From assembly GCA_051306005.1 (NCBI GenBank), contig JBPPMJ010000003.1, forward strand, positions 409,144-473,143: a DNA stretch of 64,000 bases, given 5' to 3'. Shown one piece after another: positions 30,920 to 41,297 of this stretch. This DNA comes from Minisyncoccota bacterium. GTDB taxonomy: Bacteria; Patescibacteriota; Minisyncoccia; Moranbacterales; UBA1568. The translations under genes were made by a program, and so were the position numbers. The first letter of the stretch is position 1, and each line of letters begins with the position of its first letter. The notes below the pieces were generated by a model. That model did not search any database, was not told where the DNA came from, and saw only the letters and a list, made by a program, of their open reading frames with translations.

Positions 30920-32878
30920 TTACTCTATCATCTCTCCCGACTCAACAAAAATGACGGTTCGACCAGATGATTTTGGCACACTCCGCATCAACCATTCAGG
31001 ATGAAAAGACACTCTCATTTTTTTCACTGCTGTCAATGTGGGAAGCATATCTTGCAATGCTTGTTCATCTTTCCCAAGTAAGGATTCCTTGATACGCTCA
31101 TTATCAATAACTGATTCCATGGTCACTAGAGCGCGAACTTTTAGCCGAACCGTACCAGTTGTGAAATCAGGCAGAGAATCATCGTAAGCCAAAAGAGAAG
31201 AAACCGGATGAAAAGGTACGCCTTGCAACTCCTTATTCACAACATTTTCAACTTTCTCGTGTATTTGCTCTTCAGGAAAAATAAAAGCCTGAATCTTAAA
31301 CGTATTTTGATACTCAATCATATTGGCAACCATCCCTATCTGTGGACCAGCCACTGGTTGCAGAGCCGTCACATCCATCTGTTCTTCCAATATTTTTTCA
31401 TCCTCTTTAAGTGTACCACGTGCTTCACGTAAAAATTCTTCTTTCGCTTTTTCACGCGCTTCACGTTCCGCAGTTTCCAAATCCACTCTGGCAACAACAG
31501 ATACATCAGATAATCCTTCATTACCACCACCCAGCATCGTCTTTTTTGATTGCACGGTAAAAGCATCATACTTTGGGTTACCTTTAAAACCAGGAATGTG
31601 AAAGGTGGTTGGTTCAATATTATATACTTCACCAGATTGGTCAGCAATCACCTCAGCCTCAATCACTCCCGCGCTAGATCCCGTCATCCCTGGTACTGTC
31701 ACACTTTTGACAAGACGAAAGAGTTTGCCATCAGATGTTTCAAAACGTGTGGTCGCAACAAGCGTTTGCGGTTCAGTACTATAATTATTGGAAATGATTA
31801 CAGTACCACGCGCTTTCTGGTTTACGCTACTAGATTTTCCAGTTGCAGGTACTGCAACTGATATTGGGTACTCGCGTGCAAAAATTCGCACCATTAGCAT
31901 ATCGGCACTGGTCACCGTGCTCCCAGAAGATTGACCATTCAGTGTAATATCAACAGGTTGTGTAATACGATACGGTGTCAGATGTATTTCCGCTTTCGGT
32001 ACAAATAGAAACAATCCGACACCCACCACTGACAACAACGTCGCCGTGCCGAGAATCGCCAAAATAAAATGCATCTTCTTACCAGACCCGGAAACAGCGG
32101 AATTGATTAAAGGTGCAGGTTTCGCAGAAGTTGGTGTAGGTGATATATCCTGATTATTATAAAAATTCTTCAAGCGATTACTTCGAGATATTTCTGTTTC
32201 AGCCACAGTGGGTGTCGGTGGAACAGGAGCCAAGCGATCTCTAGACGCCGGTACAAAAGCCGGAATTCCAGATGAATTTGATACTGGCAACGGAGGGTGT
32301 TTCACATATTCGGACTGAGAACGCAATGAATTCAAGCTAGTCATTTTTTCTGGAGTCATATTACGTACCCGCAATTTTTTTGGATCATCACGCTTCATCA
32401 TCGGTTGTGCCAGGGCCGTCTGTTTGGACAAACGTCTTTCTTGAGTATCGGGCGTCACATAAAAATCTTGGCTACCAATCATATCAACGCGAACGCCAAA
32501 TGGTGAGTGCGGAGTAAAGGCTTCTGGAGGTATCTGTAAGGGCTTCATTTCTTCTGTCGGTATTGTCTCTTCATATACTTCCGTTGCCAAACGTTCATCA
32601 GAGTAATTTTCTGTCGCGATGCCCGCCTTAGTTGCCAACATACGCCCCATATCATCCTGCGTCACAACCATAATGCCTTTGCTCATTTTCTGCGCCTCCC
32701 GTTGCAACAAACGTAAATTAACAATACTTTGCAATACCAAGGCACGCTTAGGAAACACGAATATATTTTCTGTATCGGAAGATTTCCGTAAACGCCCTAT
32801 AACGGAAATGATTTCTTCATCAGAATCGATATAAAAAGTTTTTGCCATAAGGGTAAAATTTTTTTTATTGTTTTTCAA
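30920..32878 (-). CDS. bitopic membrane protein, translationally coupled to the ftsA-like gene
   Basis: 652 aa. It has a cytoplasmic N-domain, a Pro/Ser-rich linker, a single TM (MHFILAILGTATLLSVVGVGLFLFVP) and a ~340-aa extracytoplasmic domain. Its start overlaps the ftsA stop by 14 nt. Confidence 0.55.
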   Translation of the reverse strand: MKNNKKNFTLMAKTFYIDSDEEIISVIGRLRKSSDTENIFVFPKRALVLQSIVNLRLLQREAQKMSKGIMVVTQDDMGRMLATKAGIATENYSDERLATEVYEETIPTEEMKPLQIPPEAFTPHSPFGVRVDMIGSQDFYVTPDTQERRLSKQTALAQPMMKRDDPKKLRVRNMTPEKMTSLNSLRSQSEYVKHPPLPVSNSSGIPAFVPASRDRLAPVPPTPTVAETEISRSNRLKNFYNNQDISPTPTSAKPAPLINSAVSGSGKKMHFILAILGTATLLSVVGVGLFLFVPKAEIHLTPYRITQPVDITLNGQSSGSTVTSADMLMVRIFAREYPISVAVPATGKSSSVNQKARGTVIISNNYSTEPQTLVATTRFETSDGKLFRLVKSVTVPGMTGSSAGVIEAEVIADQSGEVYNIEPTTFHIPGFKGNPKYDAFTVQSKKTMLGGGNEGLSDVSVVARVDLETAEREAREKAKEEFLREARGTLKEDEKILEEQMDVTALQPVAGPQIGMVANMIEYQNTFKIQAFIFPEEQIHEKVENVVNKELQGVPFHPVSSLLAYDDSLPDFTTGTVRLKVRALVTMESVIDNERIKESLLGKDEQALQDMLPTLTAVKKMRVSFHPEWLMRSVPKSSGRTVIFVESGEMIE

Positions 32879-34178
32879 TGGTTTCTAAGCTACGACGTAA
32901 AATTCCTGACAACATTTTTTCTTCATCAACATAATCCAGCAAAGCAAGATTGGCCAAACCAAGTGGAGTAATGTCTTGTGGATTGGTTAGTTCTCCAGTT
33001 ATATCTGTCATACGAGCAATATCTTTTGGTTGTAAAAAACTCACTTGTATTTCCTTGGTAAAAGGCAAGTTGGCACTACGCCATTCCTGAGAAAGCAGAG
33101 ACTGCTTGATACCCGGTAAGGCTGATCCGCCACCGCACAAAAAAATACGGGATGGTAAAATGTCTGTCGCTGCAAATTCCAACAAAGAAAGTTCAACGCC
33201 ACCAAGCCAGATACGACAGTCATCACTATACAGGGCACTGATACGATCTGTTTCTGATTGACTCAAACGCCCATGCGCATAATCTAACTTAAGTTTTTCC
33301 GCCACATCCAAACTGAGTTGCAATTCCTGTGCCAAACGCTTCGTAAAAGCTAGACCCCCCAAAGCGAACATTTTAGTCCCTTCCAGACCACCGTTGCGCA
33401 CCACGGCAATGTCGGTAGTACCGCCTCCAACATCAATAAAAATAGCATTGAAATCCAAAATATCTTCCACCTCAACGGATCGTGCCACAGCATATGGTTC
33501 CGCGGCAATGGAAATCAGATCCAAATCAAGTTCATCTGCGATAGTCTGCAAGGCACCAAGATGAATCATCGGCGCATAAGCATTAAACACGCTCATCGAA
33601 ACGTCTCTACCCTGAAAGTTAATCGGCTTAGAGACATGATATCCATCAATGCGCACATCAACAATAGCTGCATTAATGAGCTTCACATCAATATCATCCT
33701 GCCCTGTTTCCCAAGAAAGTTGATGTTTAATACGTTGATACGCTTTTTCCTGGACTTTTTGAATAATCATTTTTATCTCGGCCAACCCAATACGCACTTC
33801 TGCATTCACCCGCTCATAATGGACAGTGGTCGTAGTTCCTTTGACTAGTTCACCAGCAATACCGATAATACTTTTTTCCACCCGTTTGACACCAGCCTTT
33901 TTCTTCGCAAGCGTAATAGCTTCACGTGCCGACACAATCACACCGCCGATATCAGCGACCGCTCCACTTTGCATATTACCAGTACGCTGTGCCACCCTCC
34001 CCACGCCGATGACGACACCGGTTTTTTGCTCACGATCAACTCGAAAAATCAATGCCTTGACCACTTCAGTACCAATATCCAAAGCGAGCACCAAATCAGT
34101 TTCCCGCCTCCAAAAAAGTTTTGAAAAAAGACCCATAGAAAATAGCTGTTTGTTTTCTTTTACTATTATACTACACAT
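32865..34178 (-). CDS. ftsA: actin-like ATPase, FtsA family (cell division)
   Basis: LALDIGTEVVKALI (phosphate 1), IFIDVGGGTTDIAV (phosphate 2), FLCGGGSALPGI (adenosine motif), and a 1C-like insertion. 437 aa. Confidence 0.7.
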   Translation of the reverse strand: MCSIIVKENKQLFSMGLFSKLFWRRETDLVLALDIGTEVVKALIFRVDREQKTGVVIGVGRVAQRTGNMQSGAVADIGGVIVSAREAITLAKKKAGVKRVEKSIIGIAGELVKGTTTTVHYERVNAEVRIGLAEIKMIIQKVQEKAYQRIKHQLSWETGQDDIDVKLINAAIVDVRIDGYHVSKPINFQGRDVSMSVFNAYAPMIHLGALQTIADELDLDLISIAAEPYAVARSVEVEDILDFNAIFIDVGGGTTDIAVVRNGGLEGTKMFALGGLAFTKRLAQELQLSLDVAEKLKLDYAHGRLSQSETDRISALYSDDCRIWLGGVELSLLEFAATDILPSRIFLCGGGSALPGIKQSLLSQEWRSANLPFTKEIQVSFLQPKDIARMTDITGELTNPQDITPLGLANLALLDYVDEEKMLSGILRRSLETIEKQ

Positions 34179-34180
34179 CC

Positions 34181-35272
34181 TTATTCTTTGGTACGTTCTC
34201 TGTCTTCCACAACCACGAGACGTTGCGGATGAGCATTGAGTATCTGTTGTTGCAACATGTCTTGAAACAAAAGACCGGCAATGGCGCCATACGAACCCAC
34301 TACACTCCCGCTATTGATGATGCCATAACTTAAGGCTTCCTCAATACGTTTTCCTTCTAACAAAGCTGAAAAAAATCCAGACCCAAAAGCATCTCCAGCA
34401 CCAGTGCTGTCTACCACTACTCCGAGAGTATATATGGGACAATGCCAGTATGCTTTGCCGTCGTATCCCCATGCGCCACGCACACCATCCGTCATACCGA
34501 TAGTGCCAGCACCATATTTTTTGAGTACGTTCAAAAGAAATTGCTCATCATCCAAAAGGTGCTTAGGCACATCTGGTTGAATACTCTTAATCAATTCAAT
34601 AGCCTCATCTTTATTTAATAATAAGACCGCTGACTGCCGTATAGCCTCTACTATCAATTCAGGATTTTCCTTAATATTATGTTGCCCAGGATTGAAGGCA
34701 ATTGAAAAACCGTATTGATTTTTTAAACGAAGTATGTGACGCATATTTTTTTGCCAATCACCATTGAGAGAACTCATGAAAACCCACTGTGTGTGTGCAA
34801 ATCGCCTGTCAATAATTTCCAAACGTTCGTTAGCATCACGATTATGAAAAATAGTACGCTCACCATTCCGCGTCAATACAATAATAGCTGATACATCACT
34901 CGCAACATCGGGGTCTGCCGTTAGTAGGTCTGTCGGGATACGCTCTCGCTTAAAAGCATCAAAAATCCACTGCCCAATCATATCCTGACCGCACTTACTG
35001 TAGCAACCGGCGCGGTGCCCCAGGCGTGTGAGCCCATATGTAACATTAGCAGCAACACCGCCAACGGCCTCATAACGGTTTTCTACTCGGTATTTCCCAC
35101 CCAACTCAAAGGCAACTTTTTGCTTGGATGTAATGTCATCCGGCGTATCAATAATCAGTCCTTCGTCAGTAGGGAAAAAAATATCTTGCGACACCGAACC
35201 AACACAGATGACTTCGTATGATGGATGATAAAACGGTATTGAGATTTTCTTGAACAACGTGCATCCGAACAT
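34181..35272 (-). CDS. PfkB-family carbohydrate kinase (ribokinase-like)
   Basis: N-terminal GG motif region and C-terminal DSTGAGDAFGSGF (the PfkB signature). Confidence 0.8.
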   Translation of the reverse strand: MFGCTLFKKISIPFYHPSYEVICVGSVSQDIFFPTDEGLIIDTPDDITSKQKVAFELGGKYRVENRYEAVGGVAANVTYGLTRLGHRAGCYSKCGQDMIGQWIFDAFKRERIPTDLLTADPDVASDVSAIIVLTRNGERTIFHNRDANERLEIIDRRFAHTQWVFMSSLNGDWQKNMRHILRLKNQYGFSIAFNPGQHNIKENPELIVEAIRQSAVLLLNKDEAIELIKSIQPDVPKHLLDDEQFLLNVLKKYGAGTIGMTDGVRGAWGYDGKAYWHCPIYTLGVVVDSTGAGDAFGSGFFSALLEGKRIEEALSYGIINSGSVVGSYGAIAGLLFQDMLQQQILNAHPQRLVVVEDRERTKE

Positions 35273-35296
35273 ATTTCCAATTTTCCGATGAAGGAA

Positions 35297-36589
35297 TTAA
35301 AAGACTTCCTGTACAATCGCCGACAAACGATTGTACTTTGCGATGCGTTCACCTCGAGATAAAGATCCTGTTTTAATGAACTCAGCTCCTGTACCAAAAG
35401 CAAAATCAGCAATGAAATCATCCACGGTTTCACCTGAACGATGCGATACCATTCTCTGCATGCCTGCAGAAGCAGCCAATTCCATACAAGCAATGGTCTC
35501 AGTCACAGTTCCAATTTGATTCAACTTAATCAGTACGGTATTACAGGCCTTTTCTGCGATTGCCTTATGCAGACGTTTCACATTGGTTACCAATAAATCA
35601 TCGCCAATAAACAAAAGCGGTTTACCCCAAGACGCTGTTTCTTTGCCTAACTTTTCCTGCATCAATGCCCATCCCCGCCAATCCTCCTCATGCAGTCCGT
35701 CTTCAATGGAAACCACAAAATATTTTTGAATCCATTCTCGATACACATTCAGCAAACTTTCCCGCGTCAAAGAAACATTTTCTGGTTTCAGTGCATATTG
35801 ATCTTCTTCTATTTCATAAAAAGAATTGGCTGCTACATCTAGACCGATACATACCTCCTTACCCGGCTGATACCCTGCCTCGGTTATTGCTCGAACAATC
35901 ATTTCCAATGCCTGTGTATGGCTCTCCAGACGTGGAGCAAATCCTCCCTCATCTCCAACACCAATCGAAAAGCCCTCTTGTGCTAAAATCTTTTTCAAAG
36001 TGTGAAAAATCTCGCTCCCCGCACGCAATTGCTCAGCATATCCGACAATACCAAAAGGAATAATCTTAAATTCCTGAACGGACAATCCAGAATCGCTATG
36101 TTTACCGCCATTCAAAATATTGAACATCGGCACGGGCATCTTTTTGTTTCGTGACGACATTTGAAGTTGTGGACTCATCAGATCACCAATATGCACATAC
36201 AGCGGAATGGACAAAGAGTGTGCCGCTGCGCGACACACTGCCAATGAAACACCAAGTAAGGCATTCGCTCCTAAACGTGCTTTATTTTCTGTACCATCCA
36301 ACGTGATCAATGCCTGATCAAGGATACTCTGGTGTGAGGCCTCCATCCCGATAACCAACTGCGCAATCTCACCATTCACATTGGCAACGGCTTGTAAAAC
36401 ACCCTGTCCGCCATAACGCTTCATGTCACCATCACGTAATTCTATTGCTTCCAAAGCACCAGTAGAGGCACCTGAAGGTACACCTGCCTGAGCTATAGTA
36501 CCATCTTCAAGCGTTACCCTCACCTCAAGCGTCGGATTACCACGTGAATCCAAAATTTCTCTCCCCTGCACCGCGCTAATCTTTGCCAT
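35297..36589 (-). CDS. eno: enolase
   Basis: MAKISAVQGREILDSRGNPTLEV..., IKLNQIGTVTET and SHRSGETED-type motifs. Confidence 0.97.
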   Translation of the reverse strand: MAKISAVQGREILDSRGNPTLEVRVTLEDGTIAQAGVPSGASTGALEAIELRDGDMKRYGGQGVLQAVANVNGEIAQLVIGMEASHQSILDQALITLDGTENKARLGANALLGVSLAVCRAAAHSLSIPLYVHIGDLMSPQLQMSSRNKKMPVPMFNILNGGKHSDSGLSVQEFKIIPFGIVGYAEQLRAGSEIFHTLKKILAQEGFSIGVGDEGGFAPRLESHTQALEMIVRAITEAGYQPGKEVCIGLDVAANSFYEIEEDQYALKPENVSLTRESLLNVYREWIQKYFVVSIEDGLHEEDWRGWALMQEKLGKETASWGKPLLFIGDDLLVTNVKRLHKAIAEKACNTVLIKLNQIGTVTETIACMELAASAGMQRMVSHRSGETVDDFIADFAFGTGAEFIKTGSLSRGERIAKYNRLSAIVQEVF

Positions 36590-36631
36590 AATAAAATAAT
36601 GTTCAGTATATTTTTTTAGTATATCATATTC

Positions 36632-37714
36632 TTAAACCTTCAACGCCTCTAATCCGGGTAAAATATTTCCGCTCAAATATTCCAGCATGGCTCCACCACC
36701 CGCAGAAACAAAACCAATTTTATTCATCACATTTGCTTTTTCTAAAACTGCCAAAGATTCACCTCCGCCGATAACCACAAAAGCATTTTTATTTTCCAAT
36801 AGAGCGTGTAAGATAGCAAACGTGCCGATATCATAGGGCGTCTCTTCAAATTTTCCCAATGGCCCGTTCCACACGACTGTTTTGGCTAATCGAATGATTT
36901 GCGTATACTGTGCGATAGTGTTCAGACCGATATCCAAACGATTTACTGATGAAAAATCTTGTGGTAAAAACACTTTTTCCGAAAAAATCATTTGTTTATC
37001 AATAGCCTCATTTGCTATTTTTCCACCAACTAAAATAGCGTCATATTTTTTTTCAAAAGCATGGATAAGCGGAAGTTTGGTCTCAATTTTGGCACCTCCA
37101 ATCACAGCAACAGCTGGATGTTCCGGAGAAAAGTGCACCTGATCTAACTTTTCGCATTCTTCCAATAATCGAAACCCAGCCCCAGCAGGTAAAAGCGAGG
37201 GAACCATTACGATAGATGCATGCGCTCGATGACACACGCTAAAAGCTTCATTAACAAACAAGGAAAATGGTTTGGCCAAAGCACTCGCAAACTCTAAGCT
37301 GTTACTTTCTTCTTCAGGATAATAACGCACATTTTCCAACAACAACACAGACCCCTGAGGTAAAGCAAGGAGAGCGTTCTCAACTAATGCACCGACACAA
37401 TCCGTCACGAATACCACTGGGCGCGCAAGTGCATGTTCAACCAAGGGGATGATGTGTTTCACTGAAAACTGTGCTGTTGCTCGTTCTGGACGTCCCAAGT
37501 GTGTCAATAAGGCAATTTTCACACCAGGGAAAGAGGCAATGTAATCAATAGTTTGTTTAACAATACCCAAACGAAAATGTTCCGAATTCTGCGTCATTTC
37601 CTCTAATTCCATATTGAAATCCACACGCACTAAAACACGTTCGTTGGAAAAATTCATTTCTTTAATACTCTTCAAATGCATACCCATAGAGGATGACAAA
37701 AAAAATCGATACAA
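36632..37714 (-). CDS. pgk: phosphoglycerate kinase
   Basis: RVDFNMEL, HLGRP, LLENVRYY, FSVCHRAHAS, VVWNGPLGKFE and IGGGES. The real start may be an internal Met at 37687 or 37681. Confidence 0.9.
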   Translation of the reverse strand: MYRFFLSSSMGMHLKSIKEMNFSNERVLVRVDFNMELEEMTQNSEHFRLGIVKQTIDYIASFPGVKIALLTHLGRPERATAQFSVKHIIPLVEHALARPVVFVTDCVGALVENALLALPQGSVLLLENVRYYPEEESNSLEFASALAKPFSLFVNEAFSVCHRAHASIVMVPSLLPAGAGFRLLEECEKLDQVHFSPEHPAVAVIGGAKIETKLPLIHAFEKKYDAILVGGKIANEAIDKQMIFSEKVFLPQDFSSVNRLDIGLNTIAQYTQIIRLAKTVVWNGPLGKFEETPYDIGTFAILHALLENKNAFVVIGGGESLAVLEKANVMNKIGFVSAGGGAMLEYLSGNILPGLEALKV

Positions 37715-37723
37715 AAATATTCT

Positions 37724-38827
37724 TTAACCAGCACCAAGGATCGCGATGACCACTCCAATCAACGCAGTCAAAGTGGTCACAATCCATGCCCGCATAACAA
37801 TCTTGGGTTCTTGCCACCCCTTAGCTTCGAAATGATGGTGGATAGGTGCGGCCAAGAAAATTTTCCGCTTCCAGAAACGCTTACTTATCAATTGCAACGC
37901 CACGCTTCCAGATTCTATAACATAAATAAAAACAATAATAAACAAAACAAGTGCGGAATTAGTCAACATAGCAACCACGCCTAAGGTAGTACCCAAAGAA
38001 ATGGCCCCTGTGTCCCCCATAAAAAAACGAGCCGGATAAATATTGAACCAGAGGAACGCTAATAGCGCTCCAGATATAGCTGCGCACAGAGCAGACAAAT
38101 CCATCTTATTCTGACTAAAAGCAATAATGGCAAAGGCATTAAAAGCAATCAATAACACTCCTCCATTCAGACCATCTAGTCCATCTGTTTCATTGGAAGA
38201 AATCGCGGTAAATAAAATAACAAAAAGGAACAGTGGCACATACCACAAGCCAATAGAAAAATCTCCAATAGCGGGAATATGAATACGGTCCCAGCCCAAT
38301 TTGTCATAAAACCACCAAGCACCAGACCCTGCAATAACAAACAACCACCAAAAACGCAAAGCGAAACGCATACCACCACCCTTATTGGCACCTTTGCCCC
38401 GAACACTCATATAATCATCAAACAATCCCAATATACCTGCTGTGACCAAGACGAACAACGGCAACCATACTTGAGATCGTTTGAAAAAATCGAGACGGGC
38501 AATGAAGTTGGTATCAGTCCATAACGCGATAAACGGAAACACATAATGAGAGAATAAAACGAGCAGTAATACCGAGACCCAGACGATGACTCCACCCATC
38601 GTCGGAGTTCCAGCCTTGGAAGCATGAAGTGTGTTTACTACTGACAGCTTATCTCCACTAACGGACGTCTGTTTAATTCTGATACCAATGCGATATTGAT
38701 ACAATATATGTGTCCACAATGGCGTCAAAACAAAAGCCAACAAAAACCCAAGAAGTCCCGTTGTTAGAATCTTGAGAACATCAATCACTACTGGCAAACT
38801 CTGTACTTGTGCTATTTGTATTTCCAT
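37724..38827 (-). CDS. mraY: phospho-N-acetylmuramoyl-pentapeptide transferase MraY
   Basis: About 10 TM helices, with ...NAFAIIAFSQN... and the FMGDTGAISLG motif. The start was set at the internal Met to avoid overlapping dacC. Confidence 0.85.
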   Translation of the reverse strand: MEIQIAQVQSLPVVIDVLKILTTGLLGFLLAFVLTPLWTHILYQYRIGIRIKQTSVSGDKLSVVNTLHASKAGTPTMGGVIVWVSVLLLVLFSHYVFPFIALWTDTNFIARLDFFKRSQVWLPLFVLVTAGILGLFDDYMSVRGKGANKGGGMRFALRFWWLFVIAGSGAWWFYDKLGWDRIHIPAIGDFSIGLWYVPLFLFVILFTAISSNETDGLDGLNGGVLLIAFNAFAIIAFSQNKMDLSALCAAISGALLAFLWFNIYPARFFMGDTGAISLGTTLGVVAMLTNSALVLFIIVFIYVIESGSVALQLISKRFWKRKIFLAAPIHHHFEAKGWQEPKIVMRAWIVTTLTALIGVVIAILGAG

Positions 38828-38849
38828 AGAAGAAATGTTCAAAGATAAG

Positions 38850-39875
38850 CTACTGCCAATCAATCGCTTGAAAACTCCAATCCAACATAGACCGGATACT
38901 TTGCCAACGATACGGATCATTCAATAAAACGGCGATGACTCGATGTTGACGTGTGTCATCCGAAGCGACTGCCAAGAGCGAATACCCGGCAAGAGGCGTA
39001 AAGCCGGTCTTGGTACCGAGTAAATTCGGAAATTGCCCTAACAATTCATCGGTGTTAAAAATCTCATGATTATACTTGTTATCGCGTGAAGTAATAAACG
39101 TTTTTTCCATTTGCATTATGTCCCACAAAATTGGATATTGCAACGAATGAGCGGTGAGTATGGCCACATCACGAGCCGAAGAGTAACACTCTGTCTCGCG
39201 CCCATCAGGCTCCAATCCAGAGGGCGTACAAAAATGCGTATTTTGAAGTCCCAATTCTTGTACCCGCTGGTTCATAATTTTTGCGAAACCATCTTGCGTG
39301 CCTCCGATGTGCTTCCCCAGCGCGATAGCGGCGTCATTAGCACTATTCATGAGTGCTGCTTTCAAAAGGTCCCGCACCCGCACCTGCTCACCCATTTTGA
39401 AACGTTCACCATTACAAAATCCAGAACGAGGGCAACCCACTCGGGTTCCAGGCGCATAAATAGCCTCCTCGTCAATCGTCACCCATTCATCCAAATTATG
39501 TACGCGTTCTACAACCAATGTGGCAGTAAACAGTTTAGTCAAGGAAGCAATCTGTCGTTGCATATCAGCATTTTTCTCATACAATACCTTTCCAGAATCA
39601 GCATCCAAAATCAAGGAGGAGTGTGCAGTCATGATACTCAAGGTCGGTGCGTATGGTTTCATGTGTGGCAAGAAACCAGCCGTCAAAGCGCGACTCTCCG
39701 AAACAAAAGGCGCTGTCACGTCAATATCCGATACTCGTAAATCCTCAAAACGTTGTTTCTCTGTCGGAAATAAATTCAATACACTGGCATCGCGCGTTTC
39801 AAAACCACCAGCTTGATTTATAACAAACAAAGAGGTGCTAATAAAAATGCTACTAAAAAATAAAAGTTTGCGCAT
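38850..39875 (-). CDS. D-alanyl-D-alanine carboxypeptidase (peptidase S11, PBP5/6-like)
   Basis: SxxK (ASLTK), SxN (NSAND) and KTG (KTGFT) motifs, and an N-terminal signal/TM. Confidence 0.85.
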   Translation of the reverse strand: MRKLLFFSSIFISTSLFVINQAGGFETRDASVLNLFPTEKQRFEDLRVSDIDVTAPFVSESRALTAGFLPHMKPYAPTLSIMTAHSSLILDADSGKVLYEKNADMQRQIASLTKLFTATLVVERVHNLDEWVTIDEEAIYAPGTRVGCPRSGFCNGERFKMGEQVRVRDLLKAALMNSANDAAIALGKHIGGTQDGFAKIMNQRVQELGLQNTHFCTPSGLEPDGRETECYSSARDVAILTAHSLQYPILWDIMQMEKTFITSRDNKYNHEIFNTDELLGQFPNLLGTKTGFTPLAGYSLLAVASDDTRQHRVIAVLLNDPYRWQSIRSMLDWSFQAIDWQ

Positions 39876-39886
39876 ACTGATATATC

Positions 39887-40486
39887 TTATGCGAGAGAGG
39901 TAGTTGGCTGTTCTTCATCACTGGCTTCTACACGGGTTTCTTCTTCCAAAAGCGCCGTCAAACGATGATCGCGTGATAATACATCATAATCAGGCAAAGC
40001 TCGAATATGCGCTATCCCGATGGACTCCAAAAAATGAAAGGTTGGTCGATACACATATCCACGTACGTCGCCTGGATCGCCAACACGTTCTATCAAGTCA
40101 CGTAATAAAAGATTACGAATAGTGAAACTACAGTTTACGCCCCGAATAGTGTCTATTTCATGGCGCGTGATAGGAGCGCGATAGGCAATAATAGATAACA
40201 CCTCCAACGCCGTTTTGCTCAATTTTTCTTGCAAAGCACTTTTGGTCAACGCCTCCACCCAGGCGGCGTTTTCCGGTTTGGTGGCAAGCTCTATTTTGTT
40301 ATCATTGATGATCACCATCAGTCCAGATTGTGTGTCTGCAAGATATTTTTCACCCAAAGTTTGAGCGGCCTGCACAACCGTATCCACTTCTGTTTCCAAT
40401 ATCTTGGACAAAGCAGTAAACGTCAGGGGCGATCCGCTCATAAATAATAACGATTCCAGTGCCGAGAGTAAAGAAGAAAATGGCAT
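39887..40486 (-). CDS. scpB: segregation and condensation protein B
   Basis: Tandem wHTH (...ALESLLFMSGSPLTF... and ...YRAPITRHEIDTIRGVN...). Confidence 0.8.
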   Translation of the reverse strand: MPFSSLLSALESLLFMSGSPLTFTALSKILETEVDTVVQAAQTLGEKYLADTQSGLMVIINDNKIELATKPENAAWVEALTKSALQEKLSKTALEVLSIIAYRAPITRHEIDTIRGVNCSFTIRNLLLRDLIERVGDPGDVRGYVYRPTFHFLESIGIAHIRALPDYDVLSRDHRLTALLEEETRVEASDEEQPTTSLA

Positions 40487-40493
40487 ACAGTGC

Positions 40494-41195
40494 TTATGAA
40501 TGTTGAATAAAGATATCGCTAAAAAAACGCTCTTGATTGACACATACTATGCGTTGCTTCACCATCTCCAAGACTGCCAAAAAAGAAACGATAACCTCAT
40601 GCCGATAAAGAGCTCCTCGCGTCAACTCCGCAAAGGATGTCTCCACACGCTCTGCCAACGTTTTTTGGAGAGACACAATCATCTCTTCCAAGGATATGAT
40701 TTGGTGTAAAACTTGCTCTGGTAGGGCTTCCATCACTGGAATATCCCCCAGCACATCAACGAAATGTTGGTGTAATTCCGAAACAGTCAATCCCTTGGAT
40801 GGATAAAACGTCACCCGTACACCCAAAAAACTTTCTCGACTCTTGGCAACGTGATGTCGTTCAAAAAGACGTCCCAACACCTCTGATGCTTCACGAAAAC
40901 GCTGATATTCTCTAAGACGCACCTCCAAATCCTCCATCGATTCATTCTCTTCATCGCTAAATTCCAAAACAGGCAACAACGCGCGAGACTTGATCAAAAT
41001 CAGACGAGCAGCAATCATCAAAAAAGACGAGAGATTAGCCAGAGAAATGTTTTTTTCTTGTCGTAGGTATTGCAAATATTGATCGGCAACCTTGGCAAGA
41101 CTCACCTGAGTCACATCCAATTTTTCCTTTTCAATCAAGGAAAGTAATAGGTTCAGTGGTCCCTCAAATTGTTCCAACCGAATATGATATGCCAT
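40494..41195 (-). CDS. scpA: segregation and condensation protein A (kleisin)
   Basis: MAYHIRLEQFEGPLNLLLSLIEKEKLDV..., the ScpA N-terminus. It is immediately upstream of scpB. Confidence 0.85.
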   Translation of the reverse strand: MAYHIRLEQFEGPLNLLLSLIEKEKLDVTQVSLAKVADQYLQYLRQEKNISLANLSSFLMIAARLILIKSRALLPVLEFSDEENESMEDLEVRLREYQRFREASEVLGRLFERHHVAKSRESFLGVRVTFYPSKGLTVSELHQHFVDVLGDIPVMEALPEQVLHQIISLEEMIVSLQKTLAERVETSFAELTRGALYRHEVIVSFLAVLEMVKQRIVCVNQERFFSDIFIQHS

Positions 41196-41297
41196 AAGAA
41201 AAAACATCAAACTTGCCAATCAATTTCTCTCAGAATAGCATTATTTATCCAGCACGACAACTCCTTTCCATTATTCTTTTCTCCCACTCAAACAGTC

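Noticed and set aside
32865-34178. ftsZ immediately downstream of ftsA
   Set aside because: The downstream protein has no tubulin GGGTGTG motif. It is a bitopic membrane protein.
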